Source: Candidatus Kerfeldbacteria bacterium
GTDB lineage: Bacteria; Patescibacteriota; Patescibacteriia; UBA10025; JAHIVO01
Assembly (NCBI GenBank): GCA_016214565.1
Contig: JACROE010000002.1
Location: 856,007-920,006, forward strand
Length of the DNA: 64,000 nucleotides
Direction: 5' to 3'
Shown in pieces: positions 10,645-20,921 of the stretch (its first letter is position 1; every line of letters starts with the position of its first letter). The notes below the pieces were generated by a model. The model saw only the letters and a list, made by a program, of their open reading frames with translations, was not told the origin of the DNA and did not search any database. A program made the translations under genes and the position numbers.

Positions 10645-11652
10645 ATGATTCATATACCGCGCAGCGACGTTAATAGTGTTAACGCGCTCCATATTGCCGC
10701 ACGGAAACTACATATCGAAGTTGAAACAATCGACTCCGATGCAGGATTGCATCTCTTTAAACATCAGGGCAAGCGTTTTTTTGTGCGCCAACATATTCCT
10801 GACCTGAATTCATACGTGGCCTCGCGGGTAATTAATAATAAATACTTAGCAAAAAAAATTCTTCTTAAAAACAATATCTCCGTACCCAGCGGCGTGACTT
10901 TTTCAAATCTTCATAAAGTTCTGTTGAGCTTGAGAGAGGGTAGTATTAAATATCCACTGGTGGTCAAACCAATTGAAGGTTCAATGGGCGAGGCAGTCAC
11001 GGTAGACATCCGCAGTGAGGATTGGCTTGGTGTGGCAATCCAAGAAGTGTATAAATATAATCGTCGGCGTTGGGGCAGGCCGGGATCATTTTTAGTTGAA
11101 CAGTATATACCTGGTCATGACTATCGATTTTTAGTTCTCGATGGCAGAGTACTGACTGCATTGATGCGCAAACCAGCCTATGTAATCGGCGATGGGGTAC
11201 GCACCATTCAGCAACTGATTGTTGAATATAATAATCAGCCGGGGGTGGCCAAGGATCAACCGCTTTGCCCGATTGTCATTGATTATGAATTGCATCGGAA
11301 CTTGGTGAGTCAGCAGCTGACACTCGAGACCGTTTTGCCACACGCAAAGCAAATATTTTTGCGGCGGAATGCGAATGTGAGTACGGGCGGACGCTCGTTT
11401 GAGTGCTTTGATAAAGCTGCGCCGGAATATCTGAAATTAGCTGCCCGGATCGGTGAAATATTCCAGTTGCGGTTCTTTGCGGTTGATCTGATCGCCCGAG
11501 ACATTAGCCTGTATGAAAAGTTTGCGGTGATTGAAATTAATGATACCCCGGGCTTTGATATCCACGAAGCCCCGTACCGCGGCAAGCCGTTTCCGGTGGC
11601 AGAACATATCGTGCGGGCGATGTTTCGGGATACAACAGGTGGTAGGGCGTGA
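10645..11652 (+). CDS. Stand-alone ATP-grasp ligase (cyanophycin synthetase N-terminal/GshF-like)
   Basis: YPLVVKP, LVEQYIPGHDYRFLV, PAYVIGDG, NANVSTGG, IEINDTPG. Confidence 0.82.
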   Translation: MIHIPRSDVNSVNALHIAARKLHIEVETIDSDAGLHLFKHQGKRFFVRQHIPDLNSYVASRVINNKYLAKKILLKNNISVPSGVTFSNLHKVLLSLREGSIKYPLVVKPIEGSMGEAVTVDIRSEDWLGVAIQEVYKYNRRRWGRPGSFLVEQYIPGHDYRFLVLDGRVLTALMRKPAYVIGDGVRTIQQLIVEYNNQPGVAKDQPLCPIVIDYELHRNLVSQQLTLETVLPHAKQIFLRRNANVSTGGRSFECFDKAAPEYLKLAARIGEIFQLRFFAVDLIARDISLYEKFAVIEINDTPGFDIHEAPYRGKPFPVAEHIVRAMFRDTTGGRA

Positions 11653-11685
11653 CAAAGCCCCCTTTTTCTGCTACGATGTCGTTTC

Positions 11686-13155
11686 ATGACAAATGATTCG
11701 GTAGTATTACGATTTTCAGATGTTAGTTACGCCTACGACCGCGGTCACAAAAAACTGCTGGACGAGGCGTCTTTTTCGGTTCGTGCGGGCAGTCGGATAA
11801 CCCTGATGGGCCAGAATGGCGCGGGGAAAAGCACGATTTTTAAATTAATTACTGGTGAGGTCAAGCCCAATGACGGTCAGATATTTCGTACCCCGGCTGA
11901 TGCGACGGTGGGGATTGCGCGTCAGACCATGCCACGAGAAGCATTGCCATTGACCGTGCGGGAATATTTTGCCACGGCGTTTAAGGAGATTCAATATAAT
12001 CTGGATAAGTTGATTGCAAATGTTTTTGAAGTCGTTAATCTCGATATTCCAATTACTAAAACTGTAAAAGAATTATCCGGTGGCGAACAAGCACGGTTGC
12101 TCTTAGCGCATGCCTTGATTCAGGAGCCTGACATACTCTTGCTCGATGAGCCAACTAACAATTTAGATCAGCAGGGGATTGATCATCTCACCACGTTTCT
12201 TATCATGTATACCAAGACGTGCCTGGTGATATCTCATGACGCCGATTTTTTAAATGCGTTTAGTGATGGTGTTTTATACCTGGACATCCATACTCAGAAG
12301 GTAGAACAGTATACCGGGAATTATAATGATGTGGTTGAGGAAATCAGTCAGCGAATTGAGCGGGAAAATTTATTGAATGCTCGCATGCAGCGGCAAATAA
12401 AAGAGAAGCGCGCGCAGGCAGAAGTGTTTGCCCATAAGGGCGGTAAACTTCGGTTTGTGGCTAAGCGCATGCGTGAAGCAGCGGAAACTGCGGAGGAAAA
12501 TATTGTGAGTGTGCGCAAAGAAGACAAAACGATCCGCCCCTTTACGATTCCCGTACAAGACTTTGATATTCATTTCCACGGAAAAATTGTGGAGATGTCC
12601 GGTGTGTCATCCATGCAGAATCACAAGATCGTTGAAAAAAAGATTGACTTGACCATCCGCAAAAACATGCACGTGGTGATTGCCGGTCCAAATGGTATAG
12701 GTAAGAGCACCTTGTTGGCGCAGCTGGTATCGGGTACCGCGCCTCATGCCAAGGTTTCCCCAGAAGTAGTTGTGGGGTATTACCAGCAAGACTTTGGCAA
12801 TATGGATATGGATCAAATCGCCTTTGATGCATTGAAGAGTGCCATGGCGAAGCAAGACGATCACCGCTTGCGCTCTACCGCCGCAGGTTTTCTTTTGGAT
12901 GGCGGAATATTATCACAACCAATCCGTGCCTTGTCAGAAGGGCAAAAGGGGTTACTGTCATACTGCCGCTTGGTGCTCCAGCAGCCAGGACTTTTGGTTT
13001 TAGATGAACCAACTAACCATATAAATTTTCGTCATTTACCGGTGCTGGCAAAAGCGCTGGACGAATATCAGGGCGCCTTGATCATGGTTTCGCATATCCC
13101 AGACTTTGTCGCACAGATACGGGTGGATACGGTGATTGATTTGGAAAAGGTGTAG
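11686..13155 (+). CDS. ABC-F family ATPase
   Basis: Two ABC domains (GQNGAGKS, LSGGE, LLDEPTN; GPNGIGKS, LDEPTNH), GNY linker, no TM segments. Confidence 0.9.
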   Translation: MTNDSVVLRFSDVSYAYDRGHKKLLDEASFSVRAGSRITLMGQNGAGKSTIFKLITGEVKPNDGQIFRTPADATVGIARQTMPREALPLTVREYFATAFKEIQYNLDKLIANVFEVVNLDIPITKTVKELSGGEQARLLLAHALIQEPDILLLDEPTNNLDQQGIDHLTTFLIMYTKTCLVISHDADFLNAFSDGVLYLDIHTQKVEQYTGNYNDVVEEISQRIERENLLNARMQRQIKEKRAQAEVFAHKGGKLRFVAKRMREAAETAEENIVSVRKEDKTIRPFTIPVQDFDIHFHGKIVEMSGVSSMQNHKIVEKKIDLTIRKNMHVVIAGPNGIGKSTLLAQLVSGTAPHAKVSPEVVVGYYQQDFGNMDMDQIAFDALKSAMAKQDDHRLRSTAAGFLLDGGILSQPIRALSEGQKGLLSYCRLVLQQPGLLVLDEPTNHINFRHLPVLAKALDEYQGALIMVSHIPDFVAQIRVDTVIDLEKV

Positions 13156-13299
13156 CTAAAGGGTCTTTTGATAATAGTAGTTTGCAATAATGAGGGAGTA
13201 CTAGCACAGTCCATTATTTTTTGTTATGATAGTTAACCCTACCGACTCAATAGCTGGTAGTTTTAAATAAGCATTTTACTAATAAAATTAGTCTATTAT

Positions 13300-16200
13300 A
13301 TGAATAACGAGCTGCATCGTACTGACGAAACCATCAAGCATCCCTATGATTGGAATGCAAAATTGGTTCGTTATTTCCTTAATAATTCACGTCTTGTTTG
13401 GCTTATCATCGCTGCCATTATAATTGGTGGCCTTTTTGCCTTGCTGAATTTTCAGCGTCAGGGATTTCCACAGGTTTCCCCGAAAGTTGCACTCGTACAA
13501 ACTATTTATCCTGGAGCCACCGCTGACGAAATGGAACGTCAAGTAACTGGATTGATTGAGGCGGCTGTTAAAGATGTGAAGGGGCTCAAAGAAACCTCTT
13601 CAACGTCCGCTAATAGTTTCTCAAACGTGGTTGTTACGTTGGATGAATCCGTTAATCTTGATACTGCTGTTCAAGATATTCAATCAAAAGTACAGTCCAT
13701 CCAGGCCGATCTTCCGGCCGATGCGGAGCCGCCGAAAGTGCAAACATTTGCCACCTCAGGTCCTGCCTTTATTTTTGGCGTGACCCATGAAAGCGGAGAT
13801 ATGGATACTATTCGGCATTCGGCTGATGATTTGATCCAGGGGTTATCGGACGTTGAGGGAGTAAAGACGGCTTCACTGGCCAATGAAGCGCCAGAGCGGA
13901 TTGTGATTACGTTTGATCCCGCCAAGATGGCGGTTCAGGGAGCGCAATTACAGATTCTGCAGTTAGCACTCCAGGGCGCAAATGTTAATTTTCCAGCCGG
14001 TACACTCGACCTGGAAGGGAAAACGCAATCGGTTATTTCTGTCGGCGCCTTTACGACGCTTGATGAAATCTCAAATTTGATTGTCGGCGTCAATCCGCGC
14101 ACACGCCAGCCTATCCGCGTCCAGGACATTGCCGAAGTACGGCGTGGGTTTGCCTCCGATGTGAATATTGATCGGTTTGGTTCGATTGACAATGGACAAT
14201 TAGTGAGTCATCCGGGCGTACTAGTCAACGTCGAAGTGACGGCCGAGGCTGATGTGATCAAAACTAAAAAAGCAATTGACGAGCACCTCGCGGTCATGGA
14301 GACGGACGGAGAGTTAGATGGGGTAACGGTGGCAGAGCTGAGCAATGTCGCCCGCGACACACAGGATCAGATCGGTGAAATCGTGGATGGCGCGATTGGC
14401 ACAGAAAAAAACGTGTATATGCTCGGTGGTATCCAGCTGCTCTTTATAGCCATGTTACTTTTTGTTAATTGGCGAGCAGCTATTGTTGCCGCTCTGGCGA
14501 TACCGTTGTCAATGTTATTTACTTTTGCATCGCTTGCAATTACCGGTACCGAGCTGAACACCATTGTGTTGTTTTCGTTAATTCTCGTACTCGGTTTGAT
14601 CGTTGACCCGGCCATCATCATGATCGAGTCGATTCAGCGGTATCGCGATTTGAAATACGGTGCGGTTGACGCTGTCTTAGAATCGGGTCGCCGCTATGGC
14701 GCCTCGCTCTTCATGGCAGTGTTGGCTTCGATGATTGTATTTGCCCCATTTGGAGTTGTATCTGGGATATTCGGCGAAATCATTAAATACATACCATTGA
14801 CCGTACTTCCGGCATTGATTGCTTCCTATATTATTCCGATTGCGATTTTGCCGATGTTATCGAAATGGTTGATGAAATCCCGATCCACAAAAGCCGGTGA
14901 AACCGCGATGAGCGGTGAAGATGAGGGGCTCTGGCGAATTGCTCGCTGGTTTATGTCAGTCAGTGGTACACTCCTCGCAAAACGTTGGCGCCAAGTAGTT
15001 ACCCTAGTGGTGGCGTTGCTCTTGGTGGCTGGTTCGTTGGCGATTGTGGGTATGGGGAAAGTACAAATTGTACAATTCTCAAAAGCTAAGGACAATCCGT
15101 ATTTGACGATTGACGCTCGATTTCCTAAGGGTTTAACCTTCGCCGATCGTTCAGCTGTTGGCGCAGAGCTTGAGCAATTGCTACTTAATGAATCCGGCGT
15201 GGCTAAATATTTTTACTATCAGCAGAGCCGCGATGGTTTGTATTTATTTGCCGAGCTAAAAATAAAAGCCGATCGGGACGAGACACAGACCAGCAAGGAA
15301 ATCGTGAGGCGGCTTCGAGCGTCAGCCAAAGACATTACTCATCTAGATGATATTATCATCAATGAACTTGGCACTGGTACTCCTGAGCCGGATTATCAGA
15401 TTCAAGTGCAGCTCAATGATAATGATCCGGCCGTACTCGAAACCGCCGCCAAAGAGGTTGGAGATTATCTCCGCTCATTGGAGCATATTACGCGCGTTGA
15501 CGATGGTTTTACTGGCAAAGATGAATCAGAAGTACGAGTCATCCTTGATCGGATGCGGGTGCAGGTAGCCGGCTTATCCAGTTATGAAATTGGTCAGCAG
15601 TTGAAAGCAGTTATCGGCGAAACCACCGTGACAAAATATACCGGCGAGGGTGGTTCAGCTGACGTCATATTAAAGAACGGTGCGTTACCAGCAGACCTGG
15701 ATGCGATTCGAAATCTGCCGCTCGTGAGTCAGGCTGGTCAAGTCGTTCGCGTCTCGGACGTGGCCACGGTGGAGGAGAGTTCAACCGCGGGCGTGATTCA
15801 GCGCTTTGACGGATTGCGGTATGTCAGTGTACGCGCTCGAATCGATGACAGTAAGAATTTAGTTGCAGTACAGCAAAAGTTCAATGAGTATTTGACCGAT
15901 GAGAAGTTAGATCAATTGGGCATTGATAGCCGAGATTCACGCGGTGAGTTTGATGACATTGCTAAATCATTTCAGGAATTAGGCATGGCGCTGGCGGCTG
16001 CCATTTTGATGACTTATATCTTCTTGGCGCTGCAATTCAAATCATTTACCCAGCCATTGGTCATGCTTATCACCGTGCCACTGTCTCTGACCGGCGTATT
16101 CCCTGCGCTCCTATTGACTGGTTCTGATCTCGGATTTCTCGAATTACTTGGCGTCACGATTCTCGTTGGTATTGTGGTCAGCGTGGGCATTTTCCTGATG

Positions 16201-16488
16201 GATTACGCCAATCAATTAGTGAAGGAGCGAGGCTATTCTGCAAAGGATGCGATTATCCAGGCCACGGGCGTGCGGTTCCGGCCGATTGTGCTGACAAAAT
16301 TGGTGGTTATTGGTGGGCTCTTACCTTTGGCATTTGAATCAGAGTTCTGGCGCGGTTTGGCCGTCGCCATCATCGGTGGCATTGCCTTGTCTGGATTCCT
16401 CTCATTGATTGTTCTGCCGATTCTCTATGTGTGGATCCAGGCGGGTCGCGATCGGTTGCATGGCAAAGGCAATCATACGATTGGATAA
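13300..16488 (+). CDS. RND efflux permease (AcrB/SwrC-like)
   Basis: 1062 aa; YPGA...E, GLIVDPAI, RFRPIVLT motifs, duplicated topology. Confidence 0.9.
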   Translation: MNNELHRTDETIKHPYDWNAKLVRYFLNNSRLVWLIIAAIIIGGLFALLNFQRQGFPQVSPKVALVQTIYPGATADEMERQVTGLIEAAVKDVKGLKETSSTSANSFSNVVVTLDESVNLDTAVQDIQSKVQSIQADLPADAEPPKVQTFATSGPAFIFGVTHESGDMDTIRHSADDLIQGLSDVEGVKTASLANEAPERIVITFDPAKMAVQGAQLQILQLALQGANVNFPAGTLDLEGKTQSVISVGAFTTLDEISNLIVGVNPRTRQPIRVQDIAEVRRGFASDVNIDRFGSIDNGQLVSHPGVLVNVEVTAEADVIKTKKAIDEHLAVMETDGELDGVTVAELSNVARDTQDQIGEIVDGAIGTEKNVYMLGGIQLLFIAMLLFVNWRAAIVAALAIPLSMLFTFASLAITGTELNTIVLFSLILVLGLIVDPAIIMIESIQRYRDLKYGAVDAVLESGRRYGASLFMAVLASMIVFAPFGVVSGIFGEIIKYIPLTVLPALIASYIIPIAILPMLSKWLMKSRSTKAGETAMSGEDEGLWRIARWFMSVSGTLLAKRWRQVVTLVVALLLVAGSLAIVGMGKVQIVQFSKAKDNPYLTIDARFPKGLTFADRSAVGAELEQLLLNESGVAKYFYYQQSRDGLYLFAELKIKADRDETQTSKEIVRRLRASAKDITHLDDIIINELGTGTPEPDYQIQVQLNDNDPAVLETAAKEVGDYLRSLEHITRVDDGFTGKDESEVRVILDRMRVQVAGLSSYEIGQQLKAVIGETTVTKYTGEGGSADVILKNGALPADLDAIRNLPLVSQAGQVVRVSDVATVEESSTAGVIQRFDGLRYVSVRARIDDSKNLVAVQQKFNEYLTDEKLDQLGIDSRDSRGEFDDIAKSFQELGMALAAAILMTYIFLALQFKSFTQPLVMLITVPLSLTGVFPALLLTGSDLGFLELLGVTILVGIVVSVGIFLMDYANQLVKERGYSAKDAIIQATGVRFRPIVLTKLVVIGGLLPLAFESEFWRGLAVAIIGGIALSGFLSLIVLPILYVWIQAGRDRLHGKGNHTIG

Positions 16489-16514
16489 ATCGTGATTACC
16501 ATCACACTTTCGCA

Positions 16515-16539
16515 AGCCCGGTGTAGCAGCCGGGCTTTT
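16515..16539 (+). terminator. Intrinsic terminator after RND gene
   Basis: AGCCCGG-loop-CCGGGCT followed by TTT. Confidence 0.6.
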
Positions 16540-16646
16540 ACTTAGTAAAGTAAAATTTGCAAGAATGAGGGTACTGTGTTATTTTTTGTCTGTCCAAAAC
16601 ATGTGTCAATGAACCCCAACCAGCTCTTTTTGAAGGAGGTGATTAT

Positions 16647-16880
16647 TTGAAAACATGGCAAGCATTGCTCGGGCTTTTTAGCCTGGTGATTGCTGTCGCA
16701 CCAAGCGACCTCAACCCGCTATTGCTGTGGGAACCGTACCGTATGTTGATTAATGGTTTTCTTATGAAATACCCTCAGCTGTGGTTCGCGGTCTGGATGA
16801 GCGCGCTGTTTAGCAGCATTTACTTCGGGCTTCGGTCAGAAGCCCAGTATGTGGATGGCGTTAAACGCCAAGCCGCCTAA
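16647..16880 (+). CDS. Orphan small membrane protein
   Basis: TTGCAA-17-TATTTT promoter, AAGGAGGTGA SD, TTG start, terminator hairpin at 16891-16924. Confidence 0.65.
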   Translation: MKTWQALLGLFSLVIAVAPSDLNPLLLWEPYRMLINGFLMKYPQLWFAVWMSALFSSIYFGLRSEAQYVDGVKRQAA

Positions 16881-16957
16881 AGCGGTTCGTCCCTCCGGGA
16901 TTATTCTCGGAGGGTGCTTTTTTACTTATTTCAAGAAAGGTATGCTAAAATACACCC

Positions 16958-19900
16958 ATGAATATCTTCGATAATCTGAATACAGCCCAGCGCCAGGCCG
17001 TGACGCACACTGACGGGCCGCTCTTGATCGTGGCCGGCGCCGGTACTGGCAAAACCACGGTGGTGACCCAGCGTATCGCTTGGTTGGTATTGGAAAAGAA
17101 AGTTCCTACGGATAATATTCTCGCCCTGACTTTTACGGAGAAAGCCGCCGGTGAAATGGAAGAGCGGGTGGATGTACTCTTGCCCTATGGCTATGTGGAT
17201 TTGTGGATTTCCACATTCCACTCATTTTGCGAACGGATATTGAAGGACAGCGCTATTGAAATTGGTTTGCCGCCGGATTTCAAGTTGCTTAATGAAACAG
17301 ACCAGGTGATGCTGGTGCGCAGGAATCTAGACCGGTTTGACCTCAATTATTACCGTCCTTTAGGTAATCCCACGAAATTCGTCCAGGCACTGGTCAAGCA
17401 TTTCAGCCGGGCAAAAGACGAAAACGTACTACCGGAAGATTATTTAGCATACGCCAAAACCCTGCAAATGGATCGGGACGACGCAGAAAATACCAAAAAG
17501 AAACGAGTGGATGAGGAAGAGGAAATTAGTGAAGAGCAACGTATCAAAGAAGTGGCGAATGCCTATCATATTTATCAGCAGTTATTATTGGAGCAAGGTG
17601 CGCTCGACTTTGGTGATTTGATTTTATATACCATTAAGTTATTCAAATCGCGGCCAAAGATTTTAGAAAGGTACCGCAAACAATTTCAATATCTTTTGGT
17701 GGATGAATTCCAGGACACGAACTACGCGCAATATGAATTAGTGAAAATGTTGGCGCAGCCAAAGAATAATGTGACCGTGGTCGGGGATGATGATCAGTCA
17801 ATATATAAATTCCGTGGTGCCGCTATTTCAAATATTTTAGAGTTTAAAAAAGATTTTCCTGATTCAAAAGAAGTGGTACTGACGGAAAACTACCGCACTC
17901 GGCAGAACATTCTGGATTTATCCTATCGCTTTATCAAGCAGAATGACCCGAACCGTTTGGAGTATCAATTGTCAAAAGGGAAGATTGATCCGAAAGGCGC
18001 ACCATTGAAAACCAAAATCAGCAAGAAATTGAAATCCACACGCGAGGGCGAGGGGAGTATCCAGCATCTACATTTCCACTCCCATCTCGAGGAAGCCGCT
18101 GGGGTGATGAAGCGGATTATTGAACTACAAGCGGGACAACCCTCCGCCAGAGGCGGATCCGGCTCCGCCGGAAAGCTAAAATGGAGCGACTTTGCAATTC
18201 TCATCCGCGCCAATAGTTACGCTAATGAGTTCATGACTGCCGCGACTCGGCTACAAGTGCCGCATCAGTTTCTCGCGTCACGGGGATTGTACAGCCAGCC
18301 GGAGATTATGGATATCGTGGCGTATTTGAAATTATTGGACAGCTATCATGAATCTGCTGCCATGTGGCGCGTGCTTAATTTTTCCCATTGGAAACTGCCC
18401 ATCAAAGATCTGATGGCGTTGTCCCAGCGCGCCTACAAGAAACGCATGTCCCTGTATGAAGCCGTTTCGCAGTCGCGACTAATCGCCGGCATTTCGAAAG
18501 AGATGCATCAGGCATTGGAAAAAATATTGAAAATGATTGAGGCGCATACTGAGTTGGCTCGCGTGAAGGGAGTGCTGACGGTGGCACTGCGGTTTATGAA
18601 AGACTCGGGGTACCTGAAGCACATCACCGAAGTAAAAGGAGACGAACATATTGAACAGGTTATTCATTTGAATCAGTTTTTCCGGAAGATTGAGGATTTT
18701 GAAAATAAAAATGATGATAATTCAGTGCGGCATTTCCTAGAGGAATTTGACGAAGAGCAGGAGTCAGGGGACAGTGGTGCGATGCACCAGCCCTGGGAGG
18801 AGGGACCGGACGCGGTGAAAATTATGACTGTCCATGGCGCCAAAGGCCTGGAGTTTCCCTATGTCTTCATCGTTAGTTTGGTGGACAAACGTTTTCCCTC
18901 GATCGAGCGCAAAGATCCTATTGAATTGCCTGAAGACTTGATCAAGGAAATAATTCCCGAGGGCGATATCCATCTGCAGGAGGAGCGCCGTTTATTTTAC
19001 GTAGGCATGACCCGCGCCCGGGACGGACTTTTCTTCACCTCAGCCGATGACTACGGCGGTACGCGGAAGAAAAAATTGTCACGCTTTTTGACTGAGCTTG
19101 GGTTTGAGCGAAAAGAATCGACCGAGGAATTTGATACCGTCGAGCGGTTGTCGCCAGCGCCAGAGTCACTCAAAGGCAAGCCGGAGATTTCCTATCTTCA
19201 GCAATCAATTCCAGAAAAAGCCAGCTACACCCAGCTCAAGGCATTTGAGACCTGCGCTAAGCAATACAAGTACGCCCATATTTTGAAAGTGCCGGTGGAG
19301 GGCCGTCACACCTTCAGTTTCGGCAAATCCATGCACAACACGTTGTTTCACTTTTTCAAACTAATTCAGGAGCGCAGTGCCACGGTACAGGTAGATTTAT
19401 TTGGCAAACCAGCTACAAAAAAAGACGCGGTGGTCAGTGAAGAAGAGTTGATGCAGTTGTACGACCGTGAGTGGATCGACGACTGGTATTTGTCCAAAGA
19501 GCATCGCGAAGAATATTATGCCAAAGGCAAGACGTCACTCCACGAATTTTTTGAGGCGCAACAACCGAATTTTCCCGTACCAGTGAATCTAGAGCAGCCG
19601 TTTAATCTGAAATTAGGGGAGTACACCTTCAAAGGCGTGATTGATCGGATCGATCCCGTTGGCAATGATCCGAAGACCGTGGAAATTGTAGACTACAAAA
19701 CCGGTCGTATCCCAAAAGGCAACAAACTTACCCCGGATGATAAGGAACAATTGATGATTTACGATTTGGCAGCCCGCGAGGTGTTTGGCTTGCAGCCCGT
19801 GACACTGTCGTATTATTATTTAGAAAATAATACCAAGCTGTCCTTTAGTCCGGATGAAGCGGATTTGAAAAAATTGCGTGAGAGTTTGCAGGAGCAGATC

Positions 19901-19996
19901 GTGCAAATCCACCAGAGCGACTTTGCTGCCAACCCAGGGTTCTGGTGCGCCCAATGCGATTTTCGGGATATTTGTGAAGATCGGTGGAGGGGGTAA
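16958..19996 (+). CDS. UvrD/PcrA-type SF1 helicase fused to a C-terminal PD-(D/E)xK nuclease (AdnB/AddA-like)
   Basis: AGAGTGKT, VDEFQD, GDDDQSIY, TVHGAKGLEF, EERRLFYVGMTRA; then GVIDRID, VDYKTG and terminal CxxC-x5-C. Confidence 0.9.
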   Translation: MNIFDNLNTAQRQAVTHTDGPLLIVAGAGTGKTTVVTQRIAWLVLEKKVPTDNILALTFTEKAAGEMEERVDVLLPYGYVDLWISTFHSFCERILKDSAIEIGLPPDFKLLNETDQVMLVRRNLDRFDLNYYRPLGNPTKFVQALVKHFSRAKDENVLPEDYLAYAKTLQMDRDDAENTKKKRVDEEEEISEEQRIKEVANAYHIYQQLLLEQGALDFGDLILYTIKLFKSRPKILERYRKQFQYLLVDEFQDTNYAQYELVKMLAQPKNNVTVVGDDDQSIYKFRGAAISNILEFKKDFPDSKEVVLTENYRTRQNILDLSYRFIKQNDPNRLEYQLSKGKIDPKGAPLKTKISKKLKSTREGEGSIQHLHFHSHLEEAAGVMKRIIELQAGQPSARGGSGSAGKLKWSDFAILIRANSYANEFMTAATRLQVPHQFLASRGLYSQPEIMDIVAYLKLLDSYHESAAMWRVLNFSHWKLPIKDLMALSQRAYKKRMSLYEAVSQSRLIAGISKEMHQALEKILKMIEAHTELARVKGVLTVALRFMKDSGYLKHITEVKGDEHIEQVIHLNQFFRKIEDFENKNDDNSVRHFLEEFDEEQESGDSGAMHQPWEEGPDAVKIMTVHGAKGLEFPYVFIVSLVDKRFPSIERKDPIELPEDLIKEIIPEGDIHLQEERRLFYVGMTRARDGLFFTSADDYGGTRKKKLSRFLTELGFERKESTEEFDTVERLSPAPESLKGKPEISYLQQSIPEKASYTQLKAFETCAKQYKYAHILKVPVEGRHTFSFGKSMHNTLFHFFKLIQERSATVQVDLFGKPATKKDAVVSEEELMQLYDREWIDDWYLSKEHREEYYAKGKTSLHEFFEAQQPNFPVPVNLEQPFNLKLGEYTFKGVIDRIDPVGNDPKTVEIVDYKTGRIPKGNKLTPDDKEQLMIYDLAAREVFGLQPVTLSYYYLENNTKLSFSPDEADLKKLRESLQEQIVQIHQSDFAANPGFWCAQCDFRDICEDRWRG
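18143..18172. repeat. In-frame double-hairpin palindromic insertion
   Basis: TCCGCC-AGA-GGCGGA followed by TCCGGC-TCC-GCCGGA; encodes SARGGSGSAG. Confidence 0.75.
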
Positions 19997-20003
19997 ATAA
20001 CTA

Positions 20004-20110
20004 TCCTCATGCTGAATCAAGTCCTGAGTAAACGAAGGATCCCAGCATCTCATGTGAGATCCCGAAATTGATCCTGATATTCATCAGGACTTCCAGGTTC
20101 GGGATGGGGA
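20004..20110. repeat. REP/MITE-like palindromic intergenic element
   Basis: TCATGCTGAA...CAGCATCT...GAGATCCCGAA...TTCGGGATG; related to 33318-33389. Confidence 0.65.
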
Positions 20111-20125
20111 CTATACAAAATAAGT

Positions 20126-20416
20126 ATGGCAAAAAAACTAGGAGATTTATTACAACGAAGCATCAGGTCGGCGGGGATTGATAAAGAAGTCAATGCGGCG
20201 ATCGTCTGTACTGCGTTTGATCGGTTATTGGAGGAAAAATACCCCCGGTTGCATGGCCAAGCCCAGGCAAAATTCGTGAAAAATGGTACGCTCACGATTG
20301 CCGTTATCAGCTCGGTGGTAGCCCAGGAAATCAAATTGCGAGAGATGGATATCCTTGATTTTCTTCAGGGAAAATTTGGCGAACAGATGGTGCAGCGGCT
20401 ACGATTTCAGGTGTAA
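20126..20416 (+). CDS. DUF721/DciA family protein
   Basis: 96 aa; NGTLTIAVISSVVAQEIKL pattern typical of DUF721. Confidence 0.75.
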   Translation: MAKKLGDLLQRSIRSAGIDKEVNAAIVCTAFDRLLEEKYPRLHGQAQAKFVKNGTLTIAVISSVVAQEIKLREMDILDFLQGKFGEQMVQRLRFQV

Positions 20417-20531
20417 TTTATTGGCTAATATTAGCCCCATATAAACGTGTCAGGAATGCTTGGCAGGTGAGGTTTTTTCTGGTATAATTTCAGCAGGTTA
20501 GACTGCCTATTTTTTTTCACCAAAAGCTCCC

Positions 20532-20918
20532 ATGTCCCTGAAAAAGTACCTCATTATCATGACCACCGCCACGCTGGTTTCCTGGATTGCCTGGTTGTTT
20601 GTTTTCTTTTTTATCAATCCAAACGAAGCGGGATTCGTCGGTTTTGGGCTATTTTACCTCAGCATGCTATGCGCTTTGGTTGGGACGTTTTCACTGTTTG
20701 GCTTCTTTGTTCGAGTGTGGTTTACCAAGGAGCAAGTAATATTTCGGCACCTCGGGGTGGCCACGCGGCAGTCATTTTTCTTTTCGATTTTGATTATTGG
20801 CACCCTGATGCTACAAGGGGCACGGATGCTCCAGTGGTGGACGGTGCTACTTTTGATTCTTTTTCTTACTATCATGGAATTTTTCTTTATTTCCCGAGCC
20901 GCGCCGCGGCGAAATTAG
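20532..20918 (+). CDS. Four-TM hypothetical membrane protein
   Basis: Hydrophobic 128 aa, 3 nt upstream of pheS. Confidence 0.75.
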   Translation: MSLKKYLIIMTTATLVSWIAWLFVFFFINPNEAGFVGFGLFYLSMLCALVGTFSLFGFFVRVWFTKEQVIFRHLGVATRQSFFFSILIIGTLMLQGARMLQWWTVLLLILFLTIMEFFFISRAAPRRN

Positions 20919-20921
20919 TCT

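Noticed and set aside
19200-19996. Cas4/CRISPR locus
   Set aside because: The nuclease is fused to a helicase; no cas genes or repeat-spacer array seen
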